DNA of 63,971 nt, filler included, from Octopus bimaculoides (lineage: Eukaryota), in NCBI RefSeq assembly GCF_001194135.2. It is 6 parts of 5 records of this genome, joined end to end, with 100 filler letters (N's around TTAATTAATTAA, not from the genome) between each part and the next. Parts side by side here need not be neighbours in the genome. Positions count along the whole stretch, not along the records: positions 1 to 12,447 come from NC_068985.1; positions 12,548 to 18,399 come from NC_069009.1; 4 more parts are not named here. The stretch is one strand, 5' to 3'. Below the pieces are notes generated by a model. That model was not told where the DNA came from and searched no databases. It saw nothing but the letters and a program-made list of their open reading frames with translations. Each line of letters begins with the position of its first letter. The stretch's first letter is position 1. The position numbers and the translations under genes were made by a program. Shown in pieces: positions 1 to 12,697 of this stretch.

Positions 1-42
1 ATATATATATATATATATACACACATATATGTATATATATAT

Positions 43-77
<35 letters not shown>

Positions 78-83
78 CACATA

Positions 84-115
<32 letters not shown>

Positions 116-387
116 CACATATATGTATATATATATATACACATATATATACATATATGAATACATATATATATATATATACATAGATGCACATATATAT
201 ACATATATGTATACATATATATATATATATATACACACATATATATATACACATATATACTCATACATATATATACACACATATACATACACACATATAT
301 ATACATATATATACACACATATACATACATACATACATNNNNNNNNNNNNNNNNNNNNNNNNNNNNNNNNNNNNNNNNNNNNNNNNN

Positions 388-450
<63 letters not shown>

Positions 451-3185
451 TATACATATAAAACTTACTTGGAAATGGATGTGTGGCGTTCAATCATATA
501 AGAATATAAATAATTTATATATGAATATATACATACATGTATATACTGCATATGTGGGCACAGGATATCTCAGAACGTAAACAACAAAAAATATGAAAAT
601 ATGGAATATGAATTACGAATACATGAAGGAAACAAATGGAAAACAAGGCACACAACATAAAGAACGAACCATCATCAATTCTCGGCTGTTTTTCTAATCT
701 GTATTTCAAGCATTTCATGACAAGATACACCTTCTATAAAACAGTTACTTCCAGAAAGCAAATCAAATCAAATTTGGGATTTTGCACAATGGGTAACAAA
801 AACAGGACATTGAAAAGAAACAGGAAGGGCTGCTAAGCCTAAACGAAGTGAGGTAGCGAATGCGAAGAAGCAAGCTTGGACAGGAGACAGACAAAAATAC
901 GTCTGATTTGTCCAGCTGTATCAGGAGGAAAGAAAGAAATACAAGTTAGGGAAGGAAGGAAAGATGGCCGATGGTCACATGGGAGCCATGAGAGAGCAAA
1001 GGAGGAAGAGTGAGGGAGAGAGAGTGACAGACAGAGAATGGCGAAGGGGAGACAAAAAAATTAGAGAAAGGATAAGAAAGTAAAAAATGAGAGGGAAGAA
1101 ATTCTATTCTATTATTCTATCACTCTTTCATTTTCTATCTTCTGTCTAATTCTTTTTATCTCCCCCTCTCGTTTTTTTGTCTTTTATCCTTTCTCTAATT
1201 TTTTCTCTCCCCTTCAGTGTTTATAACTACTATAACTAAATCCCACTCTCCTTCCTTTCACAACCTTTAACCCCAACACTTCATCACTCTCCTATCAACT
1301 GTATTACTCTGCTGTAAAAAACGAAAACAGAACATTTAACTACACACTATACCCTATCATTATCTCTATACTGCTAGTCACCACTCCCTCTCCTCTGAGC
1401 TACTCATAATTGGCACCCATACCTCACTCTTATAACCATTGTCCCACCCTTTCCCCCATCCATTATATTCATCCCCTCTTTACATCTGAAGAATTCCATC
1501 CCCATGTTTACATCCATCTCTAATTATCAACTTAGAATCTTGGAACCTCACCCACCCTCCAGATTCCTCTGTATCCACATTTACTTCTAGTCACCTTGGG
1601 CATGCAACCATGAAGGTACATTGTGGCACCTCATCACCAATGTAATTATCTCTAATTTTGGCACCACACCAAACCCATACCCATGATAATGATGAATAAA
1701 AGGTCTTCCAGTTTACCAAGGAAATGAAATTGCTTAACTTTTTACATCCTTAAATGTATAGGTCAACACTTGAGAGTTAATCTGCATGTCTCAGCTAAGA
1801 TACAGGGGCTGATTATCAACCATTAGACATAGAAACACATAGAAGGATTTAAGCAGCATTTCTTTTTCTTGAATAAATCTTAATAGACTAAAAGGTGATA
1901 GCATCATTTTTTCTGACTAATCTTCATTTATCGTGTGTGCATGTGTGCGTGTGCGCATCAATTAAGATTTGCAACATAGATGTCAAGCAGAGATAAAAGA
2001 AGAAAACCAGGAACTGAAATGAAAACCACAACATGAATTCAGAAATGAATGTATATTGAAGGATGAAAATCACAGCAGATGTGGAAATGAAACAACATAG
2101 AAACTAAGAGAGAAAATAAGGGAATGGAACACATTTTAGTGAAAGCTTGAATTGTAAACCCTGTGTACTGTAGGACCAGGGACCTAATCTCTGTTAGTGT
2201 TTCTACTCTGTTCAAGTTATTAGTCCCCATGGTAAAGTCATAAGCACCACAGCTCATTATACATTTAACAAACAGGTTATCTCAGGAAAGGCAACAAGCA
2301 TTTACACCTATCAATCACATTGTGTGTATCTTTATATATATATTTTATATATATATGTGCTTGTCTGTGTATGTGTACACACATATACACTCTTATATAT
2401 ATATATACACACACACACACTAACGTTGCACATTTTGAAATGCCTGTTTGCTTCTTTTCTGTCCAGCATTTACACACTGACTGCATTCAATACTCATGTT
2501 TTGCAACCATGTAGCCTCACACTTTATACACAAGTGTCATGTAGCGAGGGAATCTCTTTGTTACCAGCAGAGGTAACAGTACCCTACACTTTTCTAGCTA
2601 CTATATTATACACACACAAAAAGATACATACAAATATACAAAGAGCAGATTATTGAGATTCTACATCAAGATTTATTAAGCTAGATTAGTTCCACATTTA
2701 AGCAGAGAAAAAAAGGTGAGACTATACATAATCTAATTAATAACATCTTTCACTGATTTAACCAGAATAATTAACTGATAACTTGAAAGATCTCATTCAG
2801 TAGAGAAGACCAGATTTAAACAGTGATTGTGACTTATAATAAACTGAAAAACAGAGAGTAATGTGAGTGGTATAAAGATGTGAAACATCAAACCCAGAGC
2901 TGAACAACATCAACAGCATATATTTGTATACACAAATGCTGACATTTACAGTGATATGTTGTCAAGTGTCTTTGGACCAAAGAAACACATTCAAGCTACA
3001 TCTTCGTATCAAAGAATCTTTAACGATAAAAAGAATTGAAAACAGAAGCAAATGATTAAACACCTATTGAAATATAGATGGAGTTGGCAGGCTGATAGAA
3101 ACATTAAAGGTTAGATATATATGGGTAAGGACTAGCACTTGTATAGTTATATAATCCTTATACACACACATGACCATCCCCAAGT

Positions 3186-3226
<41 letters not shown>

Positions 3227-3229
<3 letters not shown>

Positions 3230-3527
3230 CAATTAAACCTTGGGAGAGGCATTATGCCGGTAATAAACACACGCACTGGTTCAGTTCTTTATTAATTTAT
3301 ATAGTTTTTTGTTAAATTATTTCATTGCACTCTTGCAATCTCTTCAGTAACTTGTCTCTCCACTTCCATTTATTTCGAAATAAATGGAAGTGGAGAGACA
3401 AGTTACTGAAGAGATTGCAAGAAGTGCAATGAAATAATTTAACAAAAAACTATATAAATTAATAAAGAACTGAACCAGTGCGTGTGTTTATTACCGGCAT
3501 AATGCCTCTCCCAAGGTTTAATTGTAT
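3227..3527. repeat. 301-bp spacerless palindrome
   Basis: Arms 3227-3376 and 3377-3527 are exact reverse complements except for a 1-nt indel. Centre is TTC|GAA. Confidence 0.95.
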
Positions 3528-3764
3528 TTCTTTCAACACACGTATCCACATCAAGAATCTTGCACACGAAATACACATACAAAATATATATATGTCCTTT
3601 TACCTAGTTTGCTATATAACTGATCCATACCACGTCCTTCAGTCCCTGTCGAAGTCCTTGGATGTAACAAAATATAATTTGTTGGGCTTTTATTTGTAGA
3701 CTAAAAAACTACTGAAATATAGATGTGTACATACATCTATATGTATACATATATACACACATAC

Positions 3765-3795
<31 letters not shown>

Positions 3796-3830
3796 TATAT
3801 ATAAATATACACACACATATACATACATAC

Positions 3831-3905
<75 letters not shown>

Positions 3906-3917
3906 CATACATATACG

Positions 3918-3947
<30 letters not shown>

Positions 3948-3948
<1 letters not shown>

Positions 3949-4515
3949 TAGCAGAAAGACTGCCGTCCAAGCAGTTTTCTGCTAGCCGCTCAATAATATT
4001 TCTACATTTGACTCCCAATTCTAATAATTTTTATGATGTTTTATGTCCAATTATTTCTTTGTATAATAGTGCTTACTTGCTTAGTACTTGCTTACTTCCT
4101 TCAATTATTTTATCAGTCATAATCTCTCTTTTCTAAAGTCAATCTGTTATATATATTTATCATTAATAATTGGTAGAACTTACATAGGTGTGCATGGATG
4201 GACAGACGGTTGGTCAGTCTTGAGATACATGTGGTATTCTTGGGAATAGCAGAGTTGATCCTGGATATGGACCAGAAGCAACCTCAGCCTCAATAACATG
4301 TTCATGTAAAATGACAATGATGTAGTGTGTGCCATTGAAATGTCCATTAGTAGCATCTAAATTTCTCAGAATCATTATGCATCGTTTTTTCTTCAGTTGG
4401 AGAATGTATTGTTGATGATCTTGATTTGGGGCAATACCTGAGCTTCTGTATATTTTTAGCTCACCAGAGATGAACAGAAAATCGTTCACAAATTGTGCAT
4501 CAACCATATTTGGAT
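3948..4515 (-). mobile_element. Helitron 3' remnant with PIF1-like helicase fragment
   Basis: ORF 4214-4540 contains IMILRNLD..GHFNGTHY..L.EHVIEAEVASG...G....PRI, typical of Helitron helicase. A terminal hairpin ends in CTAG|T on the minus strand (3948-3985). Confidence 0.8.
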
Positions 4516-5172
4516 GGTGCTTTTTAGGTGCCACCAACACAGGGAGCTAGTCAGGCGGCTCTGGCAGCAACCCACACAGGAATGGTGCATATTGCATACC
4601 ACCAGCACTGGTAATGGCCACAACTACAATTTCCATTTGATTGTGATTTGATTTGATTTTAATTTACTTGACTCAATAGGTCTCCTCAAGCACGGGATGT
4701 TGCCCAACGATTCAAAGGTACTTTTTAAATGGGCTGGTTATGCGCTTATGCGACACTGGTGTAGGCTACGGCTGTGATCTTACTTTCCTTGCTGAGTGTT
4801 GTAAATCACAGCATATCTCCTGAGGTTTCGGTCTTTTGTCATTGCCTCAGTGAGGCCCAACATTTGAAAGTCATGCTTCACCATCTCATCCCATGTCTTC
4901 TTGGGTCTCCCTCTTCCACAGGTTGCTTCCACTGTTAGGGAGTGACACTTCTTCACACAGCTCTCCTCCTTCATACAGAGCAGATGACCATACCAGTGCA
5001 GTTGTCTCTCTTGCACACCACATCTGATGCTTCTTATGTCCAACATTTCTCTCAGGGCGCTTACACTCTGTCGTGTGTGCACACTGACATTACACATCCA
5101 GCGGATCATGCTAACTTCATTTCTTTCAAGCCTACGCATGTCTTCAGCAGTCATAGCCCATGTTTCACTGCC
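4515..5172 (-). mobile_element. RTE-clade LINE 3' fragment
   Basis: GSETWAMTAEDMRRLERNEVSMIRWMC...LHWYGHL...CGRGRPKKTWDEMVKHD, closely similar to the 3' part of the RTE at 33.6-34 kb. Confidence 0.88.
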
Positions 5173-5930
5173 GGAAAACTTGTTGCATTTGTTGCACCGT
5201 CTTCTATACACAATATTTACTTGTTGGCATAAATCTGTGTCACAGATGGGGCAGTTAGCTTGATTGCTGTTCTTTGCTAGGTGTCTTCTCAGAGAGGGGC
5301 CAGTGTGAGCTAGTTGTATGTCCAATCCTTCTCTTCTTATGGCTCTTCGGATGGTTGTAGTTATCCTCTCACTAAAATGGGGTATTTTAAGGAAGCATGT
5401 GTTGCTGGGTTTTCTGTGTGTTCGGCATGTTTGTCATGTTGGGTACTTAAGCCGATTTACAATGGACATAAGGTACCCATTGGTTTTCAATATCTCTAGG
5501 AAGCATGTGGTGTGGGTCACCTTGTCCTCTAGCCTGCTGCACTTGCTCTGGATGCATGCAAGTCCATTTCTGGTTTATCCTATTTTGGCACAGAGTGGAA
5601 GGGCTGAACTGTACTGGACAAACATATCTCTGCTGGCTGCTTTCCTGTAGAACTCGGTGTGGATCTCTCCTTCTTCCATTATTTTCAGTTGGAAGTCGAA
5701 TAGCGATAGGAATCCAGTGTTGTCGGGACGTTCTATAGTGAACCACATGTTCATGTCCATGTTGTTGAACGTCGTGAATATTTTGTCTGCCTCTTCACGG
5801 GAGGATGTGAGTATGAGGATGTCATCTAGTATCTGGTAAAGAAGAAACTGTACGTATAATGCATAACTTAGAAGCAGCATGGCGGATGTGCCAACACACA
5901 TGAGCTTGAGACATGGCTGCCCTCATGCAC
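5172..5930 (-). mobile_element. Penelope-like element fragment (RT/thumb to start of GIY-YIG)
   Basis: DDILILTSSREEADKIF...FTIERPDNTGFLSLFDF...TEFYRK in ORF 5575-5901, then the Cys-rich CPIC..DLC..VNIVY...CNKCNKF that precedes the GIY-YIG motif. Confidence 0.82.
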
Positions 5931-6122
5931 TTCTCATGAGGAATTCTGGAAGGTGCTTCATGAGACCACTGTAGAGATATTTCCAGAAAAAAAAATTTCA
6001 GTAACTGTAAGTTTAAGATTAAACTTACTTGGAAGATATATACCTATTTATATCTGCATATATATATATATATATATATACGTCTATCTATCTATATATA
6101 TATATACACACATCTATCTATC

Positions 6123-6153
<31 letters not shown>

Positions 6154-6177
6154 CTATCTATATATATATATACACAC

Positions 6178-6215
<38 letters not shown>

Positions 6216-6576
6216 ATATATATAAATTTAAATAATAAGGGTAAAAAATTGAATATTAATTTGATTAATATCAATTTAAACCAGTGGCCTAGCATATTGA
6301 AAAAATCTGAAGATTCACAAAAATTATATTACATATATATAAGAGGGATGACCACTAAGTGGATATCCAATATGCTAGATGTAGACCCCATATGGAGTGT
6401 GAGTGAGCATATGCATATATGCACATGCATGTGGGTGGGTGTGCATGCATGTGTATGTACATGCATGCATATGCAGATTCTATGAGCGTGGGTTTACCTT
6501 CTTCGAGCAATTTTACTTTCTCCTTATTCAGGTAATTTCTCTTTATTTAACGGTCATTCTCATAGCTCTTTTGCTT

Positions 6577-6647
6577 GTCTTAATAACTGACGAGATGCTG
6601 GAGCAGTCTTCCGCTCTGACATCTGAAACTCTGAGTTCTATTATGGC
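6577..6647 (+). ncRNA. Hammerhead ribozyme-like motif (degenerate)
   Basis: CTGACGA core, stem II GATG-c-TGGAGC/GCTCTG-a-CATC, then (T)GAAAC, quasi-palindromic stem III ACTC-T-GAGT and partial stem I (gtcttaataa/ctattatggc). Confidence 0.45.
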
Positions 6648-6664
6648 CACCGACTAATTATCAC

Positions 6665-6701
<37 letters not shown>

Positions 6702-7342
6702 NNNNNNNNNNNNNNNNNNNNNNNNNNNNNNNNNNNNNNNNNNNNNNNNNNNNNNNNNNNNNNNNNNNNNNNNNNNNNNNNNNNNNNNNNNNNNNNNNNN
6801 NNNNNNNNNNNNNNNNATATATGTATATATACATATATATACACACACATGTATATATATGTATATCTAAATATATATGTATGTATACATATATATATAT
6901 CTAAATATATATATACATATATATATATATATAAATATATATATATACATATATACATACATATATATATATACATACATATATATATATATATATACAT
7001 ATATACATACATATATATATCTAAATATATATATATATACATACATATATATATCTAAATATATATATATATCATCATCATTTAACGTCCACTTTGGATG
7101 ATTTGACTGATGGCTGGTGAGCCAGAAGGCTACACCAGGCTCGAATCTGATCTGGCAAAGTTTCTACAGCTGGATGCCCCTCCTAACGTCAACCACTCTG
7201 ACAGTGTAGTGGGTGTTTTAACATGCCACTGGCACAGTGTTGTATTTGGGGAAGGTCATGTTGCCAGTTTAGCCAATAAAAACACATGCACTATATATTT
7301 GGTATTCAGTTGCTTCAGGTTTATTTTATATTAATTGTATTT

Positions 7343-7388
7343 TGGCCAGAGTTCTTTCACCACTCTTCTGTGACCTCATCAGTGGTCC
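7343..7388 (-). ncRNA. Minimal type I hammerhead ribozyme-like motif
   Basis: Minus strand reads GGACCA-CTGATGA-G-GTCAC-AGAAGA-GTGGT-GAAA-G-AA-C-TC-TGGCC. It lies about 350 nt downstream of a same-strand Penelope GIY-YIG region. Confidence 0.55.
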
Positions 7389-7699
7389 TTTGCTTCTTTC
7401 TTTTCTGTGTGTCCTCCTTACTAATGATCTGCCATTTTGTATTCCTATTGTATGTCTTTATTTGCACATGCGTATATCCCTGTGAGTGTCTCTGTTTAGT
7501 AAGTGTGTGTGTGTGGGGGGGGGAATGCACCTGCATTATCAGTATCCCCTGTTTATACACGTTCATTTAATTTACTTTTATAAATTTTATTCCTTTGTTT
7601 ATATCTACTTACTTTCTATTTTCTTTCTATTTTTTGTATTAATTTAATTTATTTTTTATTTTCTTAATGTATATAGTTATTTAATTCCATTTATTCATC

Positions 7700-8660
7700 T
7701 GTGTATTGTATTATATTCATATTATTATCAGTTTATGGGGATCTTATTCTTTCATAGGTTATGGTGTGTTGGGGTGTGTGCTAGTGTTCCATTCTAGTTT
7801 TCTATTCAGGCTAAGTTTATCTTCTATTATGTGTGTAGCTTCTGTAATTTGTCTAAGTATTGTGTCTGTTCTGTTGTTGAGTGAGCCTCCTTGTTCCTAC
7901 TTGGTGTGCTGGTACAGAACCGATGAGCTCTTCTCTTCCTTAAGTTCCCTCCAATACTCATTTACCCGCTCTCCTATGCTCCATGCTGTCTCCCCTACAT
8001 ACGTCATTGTCTTGTTACTGCACCATCCCTCTGTAAATCTTATACTATAGACTACATTCCTAGCTTTACAGTTTGTCTGTGGGCTAAATCTACATACAAT
8101 ACAGTTCCTATCAGTACAGGGGGTTTTACTAAAAGGCTAAGTTCTACCAATTAGGGATTTGATAGGATTACCTGGCCTTCATACAACCTTAATTCTTAGC
8201 TTAAGTTTGTCTAGGGCCTTTCTAAAGTGGTAAGCCATTTCACCTCTAGGAGTGGTGCTGACGAACATGACACTCTGGTATTTGTGGCTATCACTCCATG
8301 AGTTGGCCTTCCCTATTTTCTTCTTAGTCCTTTGAATGGTGTTCCATGACTTGCTCCTACAGAGTGGGCAAATCCCATTCCTAACATTATGTATGATTAT
8401 TTCAAATTTCCTCATGGCTCCTTTGTATAATCTGATTCTTTCTCTATGGCTGAATCTTGAGTACCGCATGCTATAAAATACCATATGGGTAAAATGTTTT
8501 GACTTTCGAAATATATTTTTTTGACTGTCGCATTTGAATTTGACTTTACACGGTATAGTCATTTTGCATTGCAACACTAATGTATATTGCGAGTTCATTT
8601 TTAAGAAAGCCTTCGACTGTTTTACAAATGTAATTTTAAGCTTAAGTTTTGCCAAGGTTT
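7700..8660 (-). mobile_element. Penelope-like element 3' fragment with GIY-YIG endonuclease
   Basis: ORF 8179-8655 (…YQSVMFVSTTPRGEM…LRIKVV), followed by PCTDRNCIVC…NCKARNVVYSI…TYVGETAWSIGERVNEY. Confidence 0.82.
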
Positions 8661-8779
8661 ACCTATTAATTATTTTTATTTTTACTCACATATTTAATTA
8701 TGTTACATCAAATTAATGTACAATTTCCTTATTTTACGTTTTAATATTATACACACCGAACAGTTTTTTAAAGTAGTAC

Positions 8780-9882
8780 AGGCTATGTAGAGGGGTGCTG
8801 TTAGGAGAGTAACAGTTACCCATGGGTACAATGATGAATTTGGTGTACAGGTAGGTGTTAACCAATGTTTGGTCATCAGACCTCTGCCATTCATCATTTT
8901 CCTCCAGGTCAGAAGAGAGGAATTATAGACTGGAGGTCCAGGGGACTACTATATGCTGATGATCTGGCCCTCATAGCAGAATCTATAACAGAATTAAAAG
9001 AGAAATTCCAGGTGTCGAAACAGAACCTGGAATCAAAGGGTCTTAAATTTAACTTAACAAAGACCAAGGTCCTACTAGTAAGCAAGAAATTGGACAGGAT
9101 CCTTCACCCTTCAGGTAAATGCCCCTGTTTGATATGTAGAAAGGGTGTAGGCAAAAATTTCATTCAGTGTACCCAGAGAAAGCTATGGACACACAAGAGA
9201 TGCAATGGAATAACAGGGAAAGTAGTATGTGAAAGGTGGACAGAAGTCATAAAGATCACAGATACACTGGAGGTTGTACAGAAAGTGTATTTGCTAAAAT
9301 AAGAATAGGATGGAGAAAGTTGAGAGAGCTTTTACCTCTGTTGGCAACCAAAGATCTTTCTCTCCAAGTGAAGGGAGTATTGTATGGTGCATATGTACAA
9401 ACTGCAATGCTACATGATAGTTGTACAAGAGAAGAGACTGCACTAGTTCAATCATATTTTGTGGATGGATGAGGATAGTTGCCAAAAAAGTGCCAATCAC
9501 TTAAAGTAGAGGGACGTTGTAGAAGAGAGAGACTCAAGGAGACATGAGATAAAGTACTGAAGGTTGATTTCAAAACACTGAGCCTTACAAAGGAGATAAC
9601 AAAGGTTAGAGATATGTGGTACGTTGTTGCACTCAAGAATACCCACCCACCAAAACAGAATTGATATCCTAAAAACCAATGTGTTACATAAAAAGCATTG
9701 GTGCTGGTGTCACATAAAACAGACCCAGTACACTCTGTAAAGTGGCTGGCATTAGAAAGGGCTCCAGCTGCAGAAACTATGCAAAACAAACTATGAAACC
9801 TGGGGCGGCCCTTGGCCTTGCTAGTTCCTGCCAAGCTGTCTAACATATGCCAGTACGGAAAAGAGAATTAAATGATGATGAT
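8780..9882 (+). mobile_element. RTE-clade LINE, decayed RT and 3' end
   Basis: GLLYADDLALIAES…NLESKGLKFNLTKTKVL, a Cys-rich CLICRKGVGKN region, W.K.RELLPLL and a (GAT)n tail. Confidence 0.88.
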
Positions 9883-9884
9883 AA

Positions 9885-9917
<33 letters not shown>

Positions 9918-10487
9918 GGGTGTCTAATGTAAAGAGAACTCAATTCAGAGTAGCTGAAGGATGGTTCTGGAATGTAGGATGGTGACTCTACATATATATC
10001 TTTGCATGCCTCATTTTATATTCTGTTTGCTGCTCAGTAACAAGGGTGTCATCTCAAATTAAGCTTGAAAAGGGAGATCTGGCTTATGAATAACAAAGAT
10101 TCTGAGAAACAAAATAGTTTTTGCAATGCTGAAAGTAAAATCTGGTTATTTCTAGGAGTAAATGAATAATTCAGAGAACTGGAGGTCAAAGAATTCACGA
10201 ATGGTAAACACAAAAATATAACAACAGCAGCAGCAATAATAGTAATAATAATAATGGCGAAAACAGGCAGAATAAGGATGTCAGTTAGGTAAACATTCTA
10301 TTCAGTAGCTAGTAGCACACTATTTCAGTAGGAACAACAACAGCAGTAACAACAACAATGCAACCAAAGTATTTATTAAGTAAATCAAGAACACAAAACA
10401 AAAAAATATATTAAAGAAACCACATACTTTAAAACTAAGTGAAGTCAGTAAATCTATCTAGATCACACACACACACACACACACATA

Positions 10488-10524
<37 letters not shown>

Positions 10525-10798
10525 AGACAAATAATAAATGAGTATATGCATATATATACATATGTATACTAATATATATATTCACACATATATATACATA
10601 TATGCATACACATGCATATATACACATAGAAACATATAATACAGTATGCATTACACACTGCACAGGTAGTATACAGTTGCAGCTGATCCTCTTTGTTTTG
10701 CTACAGAATTATTTGACTAACAAAATTTGATTAAATAATCATTCGGAGTTATGAAAGGGTCAGTAGAACAACTGAGGAGGCAAGCCATTTGCCCTTAC

Positions 10799-10846
10799 CT
10801 GCTTGTTGACAACACGTCTTCGGCTTTTAGGCCGACGCAGAGTAAT
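10799..10846 (-). other. Candidate 48-nt internal exon of an unidentified transcript
   Basis: Acceptor ccttcacag| and donor CAG|gtaagg, CpG-rich. Two frames are open (ITLRRPKSRRRVVNKQ; LLCVGLKAEDVLSTS). Confidence 0.4.
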
Positions 10847-11089
10847 CTGTGAAGGTATTTAATTAGTTGAAACAAATGATGAACAATCACCACTCACATA
10901 GTTAAGGCAGATTGAGAATATTAAGAAATAAAAGATAAAATGAAATTTTACAAAAATAATCAATTCTCTTTTTCATTATCTCACTGATATTACACACACA
11001 CACACACAAACCAAAAACACTAATTGTTTTAGGTACTTATGAAGTCATGAACACACACAAACACCCTTTTGACCCTCCAGGCTTTGATC

Positions 11090-11290
11090 CAGCAGGACAT
11101 CGATAGTGTACCAGCTGGAGAGAAGAGAGGGCAGCATCAGCACCAGGCTGGTTCTCATTTACAGTTAAGCTGTTTAGAGCAACATGAAATGAAGCACCTT
11201 GTCCAAGGAAACAATGCACCACATGGTCCAGAAGCTAAACCCATAACATTGATATCATAAACCCCAACAATCCCCTAACCACCAGGCCAT
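11090..11290 (-). mobile_element. tRNA-derived SINE with CORE/Deu-like central domain (related copies at 29700-29910 and 55020-55180)
   Basis: Shared motif catttacagct…tggagcaa…tgaaatgaag…ccttg.ccaagga.acaa in three copies, with a tRNA-like head remnant. Confidence 0.6.
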
Positions 11291-11431
11291 ATACATATCC
11301 ACAAAATGTTGCAGTTGATAAAAAGTTTATTATTTTCTCTGCTAGCCTATCAAATGTTTATGTATGACACAGAGAGGTGTGTGTGAGTGTGGGGGGATAG
11401 TTATATGTAACATGTTAAGGTGAATTTTGAT

Positions 11432-11654
11432 GATTAAATCTTTAATATTTAAACTGGCCATATTCAGTTCAAATATTTTACCTGTTTTATGTTCAAACTA
11501 TCCAGATCTTGCTTCTCAAACCTACACTATAACATCTTCTAAAAATAAGCAATCACAAAATCTCTAAGTTACAAGATAATGCATGATTAATTCAAAACAA
11601 TGTGAATAAATAAGCAGTACATTTGATAGAGTAATTTGAATGCGAAAGGGTTAA
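11432..11654. mobile_element. piggyBac-like MITE (TTAA-CCCTTT termini)
   Basis: Right end aaagggTTAA (11645-11654) and degenerate left end ttaaatctttaatattt. The same end recurs at 12619-12627. Confidence 0.5.
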
Positions 11655-12401
11655 TGATTTAGGCAACCTAGTTGTCTGACAGTGACCATTTAGTGGTTAA
11701 TTTCAATGAAATATATCCACCTTCCCCTTGTCTTGACTCAAGAGCATTCATTGTCAACTTTATGCAAAACTTTCATGGTAAATAAATGAGAAACTAAATC
11801 AGGGAGGCAGAAAGAACTAAAGAACAAGAATTGAACTCTGCTGCAAAATTCATCAAATATATGCTAAAATCTTTAGTCTCATGTATACACATATATCCTT
11901 ACCTCAGTAGAGACAAGGTCAAAATTGTACTCAAAATGAAGTGTTACGTATTATAATAGCTGGCACCTTGATTCTGATTATTTAAATTTATGTTCAATAT
12001 CATCAGACTGGATACAAAGCACATCATATCATGTCTGGGGATCATGAACAAGATATTTCAGTAACTAGATATGAGGTGCCAGGTGATTATATATATATAT
12101 GATTTCAAAATGTAACCACATGTTAATTAATCATTGGGGATTTTCTTCCTCTGTCTTCCCTTCTATTGGACTTTCCTCTGTTTCCGAAGAATAGTGTCTG
12201 CTCTAAACATTAAACCATCTTTCATTCCTTCTCTGAGTGTCTGCTAATACATTACATGTACCACGTACTTGTGTTGTTATTTTTGTGTTTGTTGTTTTTA
12301 GATTTACTATATATATATTTATATATATATATATATATATAAATATATATATATATAAATATATATATCAATATATATATATCAATATATATATATATAT
12401 A

Positions 12402-12447
<46 letters not shown>

Positions 12448-12547
12448 NNNNNNNNNNNNNNNNNNNNNNNNNNNNNNNNNNNNNNNNNNNNTTAATTAAT
12501 TAANNNNNNNNNNNNNNNNNNNNNNNNNNNNNNNNNNNNNNNNNNNN
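12448..12547. other. Scaffold-join spacer (assembly artefact)
   Basis: 44 N + TTAATTAATTAA + 44 N. Identical structure at 18400-18499, 29283-29382, 57690-57789 and 62744-62843. Confidence 0.97.
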
Positions 12548-12697
12548 AATAAGCTCTTCATTATTTTCAGAATTAATTAAAACAGAGTCGGTATATTTCA
12601 ACAGAAATATGGTAACAAAAGGGTTAAAGTGATCTAAATTAAAATCTTCAATAATGACAAGTTTATGTTATTAAATTCTTCATTATTTCAAAAATTA

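Noticed and set aside
87-501. YI/HT/CV-rich ORFs here and throughout the window
   Set aside because: Translations of (TA)n, (CA)n and (TATG)n microsatellites.
515-760. Possible terminal exon (EGVSCHEMLEIQIRKTAEN*) on the minus strand
   Set aside because: Only an acceptor-like site supports it, with no compatible upstream exon or homology.
12492-12503. Recurrent TTAATTAATTAA motif (5 copies)
   Set aside because: Always centred in exactly 44+44 N. It is an artificial scaffold spacer with stops in all frames, not biology.
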